This document shows, one piece after another, positions 1-10,325 of a stretch of 64,000 nucleotides of DNA. Position 1 is the stretch's first letter; every line of letters starts with the position of its first letter. Made by a program: the position numbers and the translations under genes. The notes under the pieces are model-generated. The model was not told the DNA's origin and ran no database searches. It saw nothing but the letters and a program-made list of their open reading frames with translations. The DNA is taken from positions 17,546,001-17,610,000 of the forward strand of contig JBHGNT010000016.1 in NCBI GenBank assembly GCA_043228905.1, written 5' to 3'. This DNA comes from Azolla caroliniana. Taxonomy: Eukaryota; Plantae; Polypodiophyta.

Positions 1-7
1 GAAGGGG

Positions 8-2707
8 ATGAAGAGGCTTGCAGAAGACAACCTCATTCCAGTGAAGCATGTGCACCTGGAGAAGTGCACCGATTGCCTGGCCGGTAAGCAGAACCGAACC
101 TCCTTCCACTCAAGGCCACCGACGAGACGTAGCGCACCATTGGAGTTGGTGCACACCGACGTGTGTCAGGTAGAAACGAAGTCACATGGCGGAGCCCAGT
201 ACTTCGTAACATTCATAGATGACTACAGCCGAAGACTGTGGACGGCACCTTTGAAGACAAAGGACCAAGTATTGTCCGTCTTCAAAGAACTCCACGCGAG
301 GTTGGAAAGGGAATCCGGCAAGAAGCTGAAAGCGATACGAGCGGATAACGGAGGGGAATACCGAGGGCAGTTCCAGGAGTACTGTCGCTCGAAGGGAATC
401 CGACTCGAGTTTACTGTGCCGAAGACGCCGGAACTGAACGGGCTGGCCGAGAGGATGAACCGGACCGTAATGGAGAGGGTCCGGAGTATGCTGGCGCATG
501 CGAAACTACCCAAGGGATTTTGGGCTGAGGCAATGTCGACGGCGACGTATGTGATAAATAGATCACCCTCAGTACCTTTGGACGGAGACACGCCGCAGAG
601 AGTGTGGACCGGTAGGGAAGTATCCTACCGGCATCTGAAGGTGTTCGGGTGTCTCGCATACGTGCATGTGGCAAAGGACCGGAGAGGAAAGCTAGATCCA
701 AAGACCCGGCCATGCATATTCCTCGGTTACGGCGACGACGAGTTCGGCTACCGAGTATGGGACCCGGTCGACAAGAAGATATTCAGGAGTCGAGATATCA
801 TCTTCATGGAGGAAAAGACACTCGCCGACTGGGAGTCGGAGAAGAAGATGAAGAGCTCCAAGTCGACCAGTGAGGATCAACTCTACGAGGAGCAGTCCCG
901 ACCGGCAAGGGACCGGTTAACACTCGAGGATCCGGCCGAAGACGGTGAAGAAACAGAACCGGCCGAAGAAGATGAAAATGATACCGGAACCGGCCCCGAT
1001 CCCGAAATGAATTCGGATGAAGAAGAATCGGAAGAACCGGTTACCAAAGCTCCGGAACGGAGATATCCTCTAAGAGAGAGAAGGGCCCCCCGGAGATTTC
1101 CGGAACCAGAGCATGTGCTGCTAACCGACGAGGGGGAGCCGGAGAGCTTTGAAGAAGCAAAGCACGACACCCAAAGCCGCAGGTGGTTGAGTGCCATGCA
1201 GGACGAGATGGATTCCCTGCATGAGAACCACACATATGAACTAGTGAAGTTGCCGAAAGGAAAGCGGGCACTTCGAAACAAGTGGGTGTTCAAGCTGAAA
1301 CCGGGAGATGCCGGAAACCCCCCGAGATACAAAGCCAGGATCGTGGTGAAGGGGTTTCAGCAGAAGAAGGGCGTCGACTTCGACGAAATATTTGCCCCGG
1401 TAGTAAAAATGACCTCCATCCGGACGGTGCTGAGCATAGCGGCAAGCATGGACCTCGAGGTAGAACAGATGGACGTGAAGACGGCATTCCTTCACGGTGA
1501 CCTCGAAGAAGAGATCTACATGCAGCAACCAGAAGGATTCGAGAAGAAAGGGAAGGAGCACCTGGTATGTCGGTTAAAGAAGAGCCTTTACGGACTGAAG
1601 CAGGCTCCCCGACAATGGTACCGAAAGTTCGACTCTTTCATGACCGACGAAGGGTACCTCAAAACGCAGTCCGACCACTGCGTGTTTGTGAAGAAGTTCG
1701 AAGGAGGAGACTTTCTAATACTCCTCCTGTATGTGGACGACATGTTGATCGTCGGACGGGACCAGGTCAAGATACGGATGCTGAAGAAGGCTCTTCACCG
1801 AACCTTCTCAATGAAGGACCTGGGTTCGGCGAGACCAATTCTAGGGATGCACATCATCCGGAACCGGAAGAAGAAGCTGTTGTGGCTGTCACAGGAGAAG
1901 TACGTGACGAAGGTGCTTCACCGGTTTAACATGTCGGAAGCAAGGCCGGTCGGATCGACCCTCCCGGCAAACTGCAAGCTGTCCAGCAAGCAAAGTCCCA
2001 AGACAAAGGCTGGAAAGGAGGATATGATGAAAGTGCCGTATGCCTCAGCCGTCGGGAGCTTGATGTACGCCATGGTGTGTACGAGACCGGACATAGGATA
2101 TGCAATCGGAGTGGTGAGCCGGTACATGAGCAATCCCGGCAAAGAGCATTGGAACGCGGCCAAGTGGATACTCCGATACCTGAAGGGCACGGCAAACGTG
2201 TGCCTCCGATTCGGCTCCGGTAAGCCCGAACTCGACGGCTTCACCGATTCGGATATGTCGGCTGATGCAGATACCAGCCGGTCCACATCAGGGTATGTGA
2301 TGACGTATGCAGGGGGAGCTGTTTCATGGCAGTCGAGGCTGCAGAAGACGGTTGCGTTGTCAACCACGGAGGCGGAGTACATGGCAGCTGTTGAAGCCGG
2401 CAAGGAAGTAATATGGATGAAGGACTTCATTAGAGAGCTCGGTATCCGGCAGGTGGAGTACCGACTCTACTGCGACAGTCAGAGTGCAATCCACCTTGCG
2501 AAGAACGCGGCCTATCACTCCCGGACGAAGCACATCCAGCGAAGATATCACTGGATCCGGGAAAGGATAGAAGACAATGAGTTCGTGCTGACGAAGATCC
2601 ACACGGACGAGAACGGGTCGGATATGCTGACCAAGGTGCTCACACCCGACAAGCTGGAAGCATGCCGGAAGAGGATCGGATTGGAGAGACATCCCATGCC
2701 GAAGTGA
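8..2707 (+). CDS. Copia pol (integrase, reverse transcriptase, RNase H), uninterrupted within the window, 5'-partial
   Basis: Motifs [79 protein letters not shown]. Confidence 0.95.
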   Translation: MKRLAEDNLIPVKHVHLEKCTDCLAGKQNRTSFHSRPPTRRSAPLELVHTDVCQVETKSHGGAQYFVTFIDDYSRRLWTAPLKTKDQVLSVFKELHARLERESGKKLKAIRADNGGEYRGQFQEYCRSKGIRLEFTVPKTPELNGLAERMNRTVMERVRSMLAHAKLPKGFWAEAMSTATYVINRSPSVPLDGDTPQRVWTGREVSYRHLKVFGCLAYVHVAKDRRGKLDPKTRPCIFLGYGDDEFGYRVWDPVDKKIFRSRDIIFMEEKTLADWESEKKMKSSKSTSEDQLYEEQSRPARDRLTLEDPAEDGEETEPAEEDENDTGTGPDPEMNSDEEESEEPVTKAPERRYPLRERRAPRRFPEPEHVLLTDEGEPESFEEAKHDTQSRRWLSAMQDEMDSLHENHTYELVKLPKGKRALRNKWVFKLKPGDAGNPPRYKARIVVKGFQQKKGVDFDEIFAPVVKMTSIRTVLSIAASMDLEVEQMDVKTAFLHGDLEEEIYMQQPEGFEKKGKEHLVCRLKKSLYGLKQAPRQWYRKFDSFMTDEGYLKTQSDHCVFVKKFEGGDFLILLLYVDDMLIVGRDQVKIRMLKKALHRTFSMKDLGSARPILGMHIIRNRKKKLLWLSQEKYVTKVLHRFNMSEARPVGSTLPANCKLSSKQSPKTKAGKEDMMKVPYASAVGSLMYAMVCTRPDIGYAIGVVSRYMSNPGKEHWNAAKWILRYLKGTANVCLRFGSGKPELDGFTDSDMSADADTSRSTSGYVMTYAGGAVSWQSRLQKTVALSTTEAEYMAAVEAGKEVIWMKDFIRELGIRQVEYRLYCDSQSAIHLAKNAAYHSRTKHIQRRYHWIRERIEDNEFVLTKIHTDENGSDMLTKVLTPDKLEACRKRIGLERHPMPK

Positions 2708-2717
2708 AGGGGGAGTT

Positions 2718-3027
2718 TGTTGGGATTTCGGTCCCTTCAGATGGGATGGTCGGATGTCGGAGACCAAAGTCGACAAGCCCGGTTTCGGTTTCGGAACCGG
2801 ATGATGAAGACCCCGACTTCTGAGTCGGATGACGAATGTACCCGAAGAAGAGATCCGGATGCAGGGACATATGCGTGAATATGTCTGCTTAGGGCCTCTC
2901 TGAGGCTATAGTTGTAAATAGCCCTAAAGTCATATATGTATAAATATGACTTAGGGCAAACAGTTTTATGTTGCTTCTCATTTTTCTGTTTTTTCCACTC
3001 AAGAGGAGTGAAGAGAGAGAGCAGCCG

Positions 3028-3058
<31 letters not shown>

Positions 3059-3347
3059 CGCGAGAGAGAAAGAGGACGACGCCTCTGTGTATTTCCGCCA
3101 CCTGTGGCGAGGACAGCGAGCTCAAGGTCGTCGCCTTGGAGCTCGCCACTGTATACTTCTCTTGTATAGTGCTGTTTGGAGTCTTGTACTCCCGTGGTTT
3201 TTCCCATCTAGGGTTTTCCACGTTAAATCCCTGTGTGCTCGTGTTTTGTTTCTTTCTCCGTGTGGTTCCTATATTCTGCTTCATTGATCAGCGATTACTC
3301 GGTTGTGGCCGAGTGGCGAAGGTGAATATAAGCGTCTATTCCTTGCA
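2718..3347 (+). repeat. 3' LTR of Copia A
   Basis: Follows the PPT. Shares blocks with the H LTRs (TGTTGGGATTTCGGTCCCT, TATAAATATGACTTAGGGCAAAC, AG tract, CTCGGTTGTGGCCGAG). The right end ...CTATTCCTTGCA is inferred. Confidence 0.8.
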
Positions 3348-3448
3348 AAGAAAAGGGGAAGAAGAATATACCGGAATAAGAAACCAGCAACCTTGAGTCG
3401 GATCGGAGCGAATCCGACTCTAGAAAGGATGAAGGTGGATCTTCGAGA

Positions 3449-4964
3449 ATGAAGTCCGAACTGGCCAAGAAGGGCCTCAAACCGGGTAACGATAAGTTAT
3501 GCCAGTCTTCCCGCCAGAAGAACCTCGTGACGCGGTACGAGTACAATGAGTACATGGCGCATCACTATGCGTACATGACCAAGGTGGTGGAAGTGCGTGA
3601 GCCGGAGAGCTACACAGAAGCGGCAAGGGACGCAGATTGGCGTGCCGCTATGGAGGAAGAAATGCGGGCACTTGATGCCAACAACACGTGGGACCTAGTT
3701 GACCCTCCCCTACGTTGTAAACTGATCGAATGTAAGTGGGTATACAAGGTAAAGTACAATGCCGACGGTTCGGTTTGCATCTTGTTCTATGTTGATGATC
3801 TAGTCATCACCGGACCCGGACTCGATGAAATCAACCGAGTCAAGATCCAACTGTCGGACGCATTTTAGATGAAGGACCTAGGGGACCTTCACTATTTCCT
3901 TGGGATCGAGGTGATTCGAACCCCCGATGGCATATTGCTCTCACAAAGACACTATGTGTTGAATATGTTGTACAAGTTCGGCATGACGGAATGTCGCCCG
4001 ATCTCCACACCTCGGGACCGGATCCAGAAGCTCTATCCTGACTCCGGACCGGCCTACGATGAGAAGCGGTTCCGACAAATCGTCGGAAGCCTTATATATT
4101 TGACAATCACCCGACCCGACATCAGTTATCCAGTCGGCATGATCAGCCAATATATGAAGAAGCCGACCGTGGAGCTGCTTTTGTGCGTGCATCGAATTTT
4201 GCGATATGTGAGTGGCACGAAGGAATGGGGACTGTTATACCGGCATGGTATAACCGAAGAGTTAGTCGGCTATACCGATGCCGACTGGGCTGGTGATGCA
4301 TCGGATCGCCGATCCGGCCGGCTATATGTTTTCCCCTGGTAGCGCAACTGTTGCGTGGAGCAACAAAAAGCAGCCAACAGTGACCCTTTCGAGCACTGAG
4401 GCTGAATACCGGGGCGCTACCGTTGCCTCCTGTGAAGCCATTTGGCTTCGGCGACTGCTGCGAGACCTACGGATGGAGGTGCCGACCCCGATCCTGATAT
4501 ACTGTGACAACATAAGCAGCATGCAACTCGCCAAGAACCTTGTATTCCGTGCTCACACAAAGCACATAGAAGTGCACTACCACTTCGTGCGTGAGCGTGT
4601 CGTGAGCGGTGAAGTCGAAATTCGGTATGTTCATATGGATCGGCAGGTTGCCGACATCTTCACCAAACTGCTCAGATCGGACAAGTTGCAGCACTTCACC
4701 AAAATGCTTGGTGTTCAACATCTCGACTTGCCACACTTGATGGGGAGAACGGGCAAAGACACCGGAACAGGCAAAGGCAAAGAGATTGCCGATTGCGCCG
4801 GTGAGGGTAGACCCGACAGAGGGAGAGACAAGAAGAAGAAAGGAGCCGAGTCGATAAAGGAAGTTGACACATCCGAACAATTCGGAACAAGCGGCAATGG
4901 TGGCAGAGTCAAGAAGGATAGAGCCGACTGGAAGAAGAAGGCCAAGACCCAGGAAATGGTCTGA
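3449..4964 (+). pseudogene. Copia B RT/RNase H pseudogene with an in-frame internal deletion, a stop and a frameshift
   Basis: ORF pieces 3449-3868, 3869-4342 and 4278-4964 align with the F pol. The N-terminal half of RT is missing at about 3770. Confidence 0.88.
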
Positions 4965-5373
4965 TGCGGTGAAGGGCCTGGAACCGGAAAACGAATCGGG
5001 AGTGACCGATTCAGACAAGAGCTAGAATGAATCGACGACAGTCGATTCGGTTCAACAGACAAATTCGGAAGAACCGGATCAATTCAAGGCCAAGAGGACA
5101 AGAAGGCAGCAAAAGTCGACGCCAACACGAAGGAATCGGTGAATCGACAAGCGTCGAAGTCACAGCAGCAATGGAGCTGATTTGGGCCAGTTGGGCACAC
5201 AAGCCGACCGAGGAGGTCGAGGTGCACCGAAACATAAGGGTCGCGGCAAATGGGACCGGACGGAACGAGGAGCACGAGCGAGGCAGTGTGAGATCAGAAG
5301 GAACCGGGTGGAAAGATCGGCTGTTATGGAGACTAACACTACGATCCGACCTCAAGTTGAGCTTGAGGGGGAG

Positions 5374-5743
5374 TGTTGAGCGGCAAGCTCAACCGGATCC
5401 GGATCGGCTAAATAAGCTTGAGCCTATGAGTTGGGGAGCCGGTTAGCCAAATCCATCAGAACTGAAAGCCTAGTAGTAGCCTAGACTACGAGGTAGTTAA
5501 TGTCTCATAGTTAGTGTCACACACTTGTGTGAGCATTGAAGTACACCATACTTCTATTAGTCCGTATGGACTTGTATAAAAGTGTTCACTGAACACATAC
5601 GATGTACAGATTGAGTATTATTTTGAATTGAGTTTTCTGTGTGCTCTCTGTTTCTCCCGCGTACTGTGTATATTCTAAGCTCTCCATTAAACCTACGTTT
5701 CTGTGTTCAGTTTTCTATTGCTTTCGCACGCTATTCTTTTACA
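5374..5743 (+). repeat. 3' LTR of Copia B
   Basis: TG...CA ends, preceded by a PPT, homologous to LTRs at 47886-48303 and 59087-59488. Confidence 0.88.
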
Positions 5744-6426
5744 ATATGGTGCATGTGAGGGTGCATGTCTGCCATGTCATCATCTAAGCTCTCACACATG
5801 AGAATTTACATGTAAAGCTATAATGATAAAAATATAATCCCTCAAGAAATGGTTTGGCTTAATGGTAAGCCTACTGCTTCCTATTAGGCTTTTGGACCAA
5901 ATATCTTTAAGACACCATGCACCGCGATCAACCGACCCGACCGATCCGTCCAATTTGCATCCATTTGGTCCGGCCAAGTCCGCATCCCGAGTCACTTGCT
6001 AGTCATCCGCTCAGCCGCCGCCTGTTTTGGTTGGCCAAAAACATTAGAAGTAGCTAGCTAGGCCACACCACTCATCTAATTAACTTAGTTCAAGTTAGCT
6101 TGAACTCTCTATGCTCCACACATAAACACAAAGACAATAGCTTTTGCTCTGCCTTGTATAAGGTGGGATCCTTATTTGTCCTATCTATGTGGATATCTCA
6201 TAGTTTTATCTTTCTCTTTTTCTTTGCAAACTTCCCACCCACATAACTTGAGACTTAGATGTCCGTTTGTTATGTAGTAAAGTGCATTCGAAAGCTCTTG
6301 AAGACCTCTATATTTTTGTACCAAGATATTAAAATAGTATTTTCACTATTATTGTTTTATATTATTCATACTCGATTTCGTATGTTTTATGCGATTTTCA
6401 CACCATTGCCGAAAATCTTCACGACA
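5744..6426 (-). repeat. 3' LTR of D (partial; remainder presumably displaced leftwards by the B insertion)
   Basis: Aligns with 9053-9847 and ends at ...ATCTTCACGACA. The adjacent G-rich GGCGGCGGTGGA (minus strand) is in the PPT position. Confidence 0.85.
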
Positions 6427-6972
6427 TCCACCGCCGCCAAACTGCATGTCCTCCGGTACGTGCCAAGAAGAGAGAATGTGAGATTTCGGCAATGGTGATC
6501 AGCATGACTACTCAACGTCTAGCATGTTTGTTTCTTTGTACTAGAATCATTGTTGCCACCCAATCCACCATATCATTCATTTTTTCTTTGCTTTACCATG
6601 ACTTGTTGTCATGGCCCCTTGCTCTCTTCTTGAGAATGATTGTTTAAGTCTCATTAATGTTCCACCTTTATCTCAATCGTCTCCTTGCTCAAGGCACTTT
6701 GATGCTTTCACAGTAGCGTCTTTGATAGATGTTTTGATCACATCCTTCAGAACCTCATGGCTTGCTTGGCCATCGCCATCCCTTGTCATATTTTACTCAA
6801 ACTCTTTGTTGCACACATCAGCTTTAACCCTTGGTTCTTCCCCGTCACTATCCTTCTCTTGGGTCTTACATCGGTTAATGCCCAAGTCTTTAGAATGAGT
6901 GTGGAGGGACCCATACATTTTCATCATTCGCCTTTTTCGTGTTGCGCTTAACCATTTCCATCTTAAAGTTGC

Positions 6973-8687
6973 TCAAATCAGCATTGACCTTTGCTTCCTC
7001 GCCGCTAGCTTCTGTCTCTTGGGTCTTACATCGGTTAATGCCCAAGTCTCTAGAACTAGTGTAGGGAAAAGCTCTTCATGGCCATTCACCATCATCGCCT
7101 TGACGCCATTTTCCATAGCTATTCCTTCAAACTCATGGGCCTCATACCCATCGATCCTTTTTATTGAGCAACCCTTTATTATGCTTCTCTCTTTGCCGCA
7201 TGTATTAGTTTCGACCTTCAGTTCTTTGCCATCACCTCCCATCTCTTGGATCTTACATCGGTTCTCGGACGCAATTGCCCAAGTCTCTTGAACAAGTGTG
7301 GAGAAAATTTGGCCGTCGTCATTGTTTGTATTATCTTGGTCCTTCTCTTCCTTTTCGCCACCATCCTTCTCTTGGGTCTCACATTGGTTCCCAAACGCAA
7401 CTGCCCAAGTCTCTAAATGAAGTGTTAGGAAAGTCTCCACATGACCATCCACCATCGACTCGTCCATAGCCATATCCGACTCGATGTCATTTTTCGTGGC
7501 TATCTCTTCAATCTCATGGGCCTCGTACCCATTGACCTTCTTGATGGAGCAAGCTTTGATTATCCTTCTCTCTTCATCGCATGTATTCATTTTGACCTTT
7601 GGCTCCTCACCGACACCTTCTGTCTCTTGGGTCTCACATTGGTTCTTTGACGCAACTGCCCAAGTCTCTAGACCATGTGTGGAGAAAATCTGGCCATGGT
7701 CATTGTCGACGCTTGTTGTCTTGTTCATAGTCACCTCCTCGATGTCATCTTTAGCGGCTAGATCCTCAATTACACTGGCCTCACACTCTTTATCTCCATT
7801 GATGCAAGCTTCTATTTGGCTGGTTCCATCATCTGTTGTTTCGAACACGACGCATGTTCCGAAACATTCCACCTCCTTTGAAATGGCCGTCATCTTCCTC
7901 GAGTCATCATTAATCTTCTTTTCATGTTGGATGCGTTGTTTAGGCGTCTCGACTTCTTTAGATGGTTTTGATTTTTCTACGCTTGGTCCTACCAAGTCAA
8001 TATCATCGAGCTATCGATGACGCCTGTCGATCTTGTTGCATGCTTGCTTCACAGCAACCCAGTCCGCCACAAGCCCATTTGCTTGGGTATCAACTTTGAC
8101 GAGAGTCCCCAATTCTCGTATATCCTTCATATCCACAACCTTCAACAAGTACAAACTCTTGTCTTCCTCAAGTAGCACTTGGTCCATGCCGGGGAGACGA
8201 CCAAACATCTGGTCGAACTCATCGTATACCCTCGAGACGCTCATCTTCTTATTTTCTTCTCTATCCATTTCATGAGGACATGTCGAGTCATCCTCATCGA
8301 GTCTTCAGTCGTGAACTCCGCTAATATCGCTTTCTCGAACTCGGACCATGTTGTCTTACCTTCTTGAATCTTGATGATGCGTCTTTAGATGTTGTTGGCG
8401 ATCACTCTCTTGAAGCTTGCGATTTGATGTGCTTCGGACACGTCCCTTTGATTCATCTCCCTTCTATATGCATCAAGGAACTTCGTAATGTTCCTTTCGT
8501 CAAATTGACCCTCGAGCTCAACGACATGGTCGACGACCTTCTCCACGCTCGCATCGTTGTTTCGAGATCTCATGATTTGTTCGACAATCAGCATCATCCT
8601 TTCGAACTCTCCCGCTTGATTGCTTAAGGACGCCATCTCCAAGTATCGATCAATCCTTGATTTTATCCTTCTTGCCGCCTCTTTCAC
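6973..8687 (-). pseudogene. gag-like region of D with a repeat-rich acidic C-terminal extension
   Basis: Pieces 8385-8687 (GQFDERNITKFLDAYRREM), 8011-8268 and 6973-7995 (repeated LETWA motif). Confidence 0.7.
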
Positions 8688-8700
8688 ATCGGGTTCACCA
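8683..8700 (-). promoter_or_regulatory. Primer-binding site of D, tRNA-Trp type
   Basis: Plus strand TTCACATCGGGTTCACCA matches the recalled plant tRNA-Trp 3' end TTCACGTCGGGTTCACCA at 17/18 positions; it lies 8 nt from the LTR. Confidence 0.75.
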
Positions 8701-8708
8701 CTTAATTA

Positions 8709-9847
8709 TGTCGTGAAGATCCGTCACTACGCGCGGATCGTGAGGCGGAACCGCCGGGTTTCTGGACCGGATGGATTCGATGTTTGCACAAGCTTTAGCG
8801 AGAAAGTATTTAAGATAGATTGAAAGAGAGAGATTGAGATTAAGATTCCAAATTTAAAACAGATTCAAAACGATTGAAATAGAAAGAGAGATTAAGATTG
8901 AACTCTTAACTTTAGATTTGAAGAACAAGGAATATCATCAAAAGGATAATGAATTTTCTTCTTAATATTAATTTTGATTTAAAGTACAAAGCTTGCTTGA
9001 TAAAAATCCCCTTTTGCTTGATTCCTCCACTCTTTTATAGATGCCCCCATGCATATGGTGCATGTGAGGGTGCAAGACATGCACGAAATGCATGAAATGC
9101 ATGCAATTCATGCTTGCCATGTCATCATCTAAGCTCTCACACATGAGAATTTACACGTAAAGCTATAATGATAAAAATATAATCCCTAAAGAAATGGTTT
9201 GGCTTAATGGTAAGCCTATTGTTTCCTATCTTGGAGGTGTTAAGTTTAAGTCTTGCTTAAGTCTTTTTCTTTTATGCACAAAATACTATTAGGCTTTTGG
9301 ACCAAATATCTTTAAGACACCATGCACCACGATCAACCGACCCGAACAATCCGTCCGATTTGCATCTGTTTAGTCCGACCGAGTTCGCATCCCGAGTCGC
9401 TTGTCGGTCACCGGTTCCGTCGTCGGCGGTGGCGCCGGTTTTGGTTGGCCAAAAACTTTACAAGTAGCTAGGCCACACCACTCATCCAATTAACTTACTT
9501 CAAGTCAGCTTGACCTCTCTATGCTCCACACATAGACACAAAGACAATAGCTTTTGTTCTGCCTTATGTAAGGTGGGATCCTTATTTGTCCTATCTATGT
9601 GGATATCTCATAGTTTTATCTTTCTCTTTTTCTTTGCAAACTTCCTACCCACATAACTTGAGACTTAGATGTCTGTTTTTTATGGAGTAAAGTGCATTCG
9701 AAAGCTCTTTAAGACCTCCATCTTTTTGTAACAAGATATTAAACCTTTTTCAAATTAGTATCTTTACTATTATTGTTTTATGCGATTCATTCTCGATTTG
9801 GTATGTTTTATGCGATTTTCACACCGTTGCCAAAAATCTTCACGACA
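8709..9847 (-). repeat. 5' LTR of D (1139 bp)
   Basis: 12-bp perfect terminal inverted repeat, second copy at 5744-6426, adjacent PBS. Confidence 0.88.
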
Positions 9848-10325
9848 TCGGCTCCGGTGCTACATCATTTTCTCCTTCCACAAAATTCTAGTGTTCATGT
9901 CCGAGCAGGTATTGATGTATCTTGTATGCCCAAGATGCATAGTTGTTCTTGTTAAGCTTTTCTGTTGGAGAGAGATAGAGAGAAATGTTGTTATCATTGT
10001 ACAGAGAGAGAGAGAGAGAGAGATACAAAAAGCTTTTCTGTTGTAAACGTTGGTTGGCAAAGATAGAGCTTGAGGTCGTTGCCTCAGAGTCTCATGTTGT
10101 AGTACCTCTACCCTATAGTCATTGTGTTCGGAGTCTACAAACTCCCGTGGTTTTGCCTCTTGAGGTTTTCCACGTAAACATACTATGTTGTCTCATTTTG
10201 GTTAAGTGCAATAATCTTTATTTCTATTCTTTTATTTTATTGAGATTTGGTTCTGGTCGACTGTTATTCCTCTCAAACTGATATCAGAGCAAGGTTCAAA
10301 GGAAAGAAACTAGAAGATTCTTTCC

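Larger units (their letters stand above)
1..3347 (+). mobile_element. Ty1/Copia LTR retrotransposon A (Tnt1/Tork-like); 5' part lies outside the window; inserted in Copia B
   Basis: INT-RT-RH order in ORF 8..2707, PPT GAAGGGGGAG at 2706-2715, LTR starting TGTTGGG at 2718. Sequence after 3347 is internal sequence of the B/F Copia family. Confidence 0.93.
3348..5743 (+). mobile_element. Ty1/Copia element B, 3' half (same family as F); degenerate; inserted in the LTR of element D
   Basis: Fragmented RT/RH (YVDDL, MKDLGDLHYFLGIEV, YTDADWAG, YCDNISS, ADIFTK), PPT TTGAGGGGGAG at 5363-5373, LTR 5374-5743 (TGTTGAG...TTTACA). Confidence 0.9.
5744..9847 (-). mobile_element. Non-autonomous Gypsy-type LTR element D (gag-like only, no pol)
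   Basis: Direct repeats 8709-9847 (complete, TGTCGTGAAGAT...ATCTTCACGACA) and 5744-6426 (partial, cut by B). PBS at 8683-8700. The 2.3 kb internal region has gag-like pieces and no RT or INT motifs. Confidence 0.85.

Noticed and set aside
182-2776. Many overlapping antisense and alternate-frame ORFs in A and H
   Set aside because: Expected by-products of GC-rich coding sequence; their repetition only reflects A/H identity.
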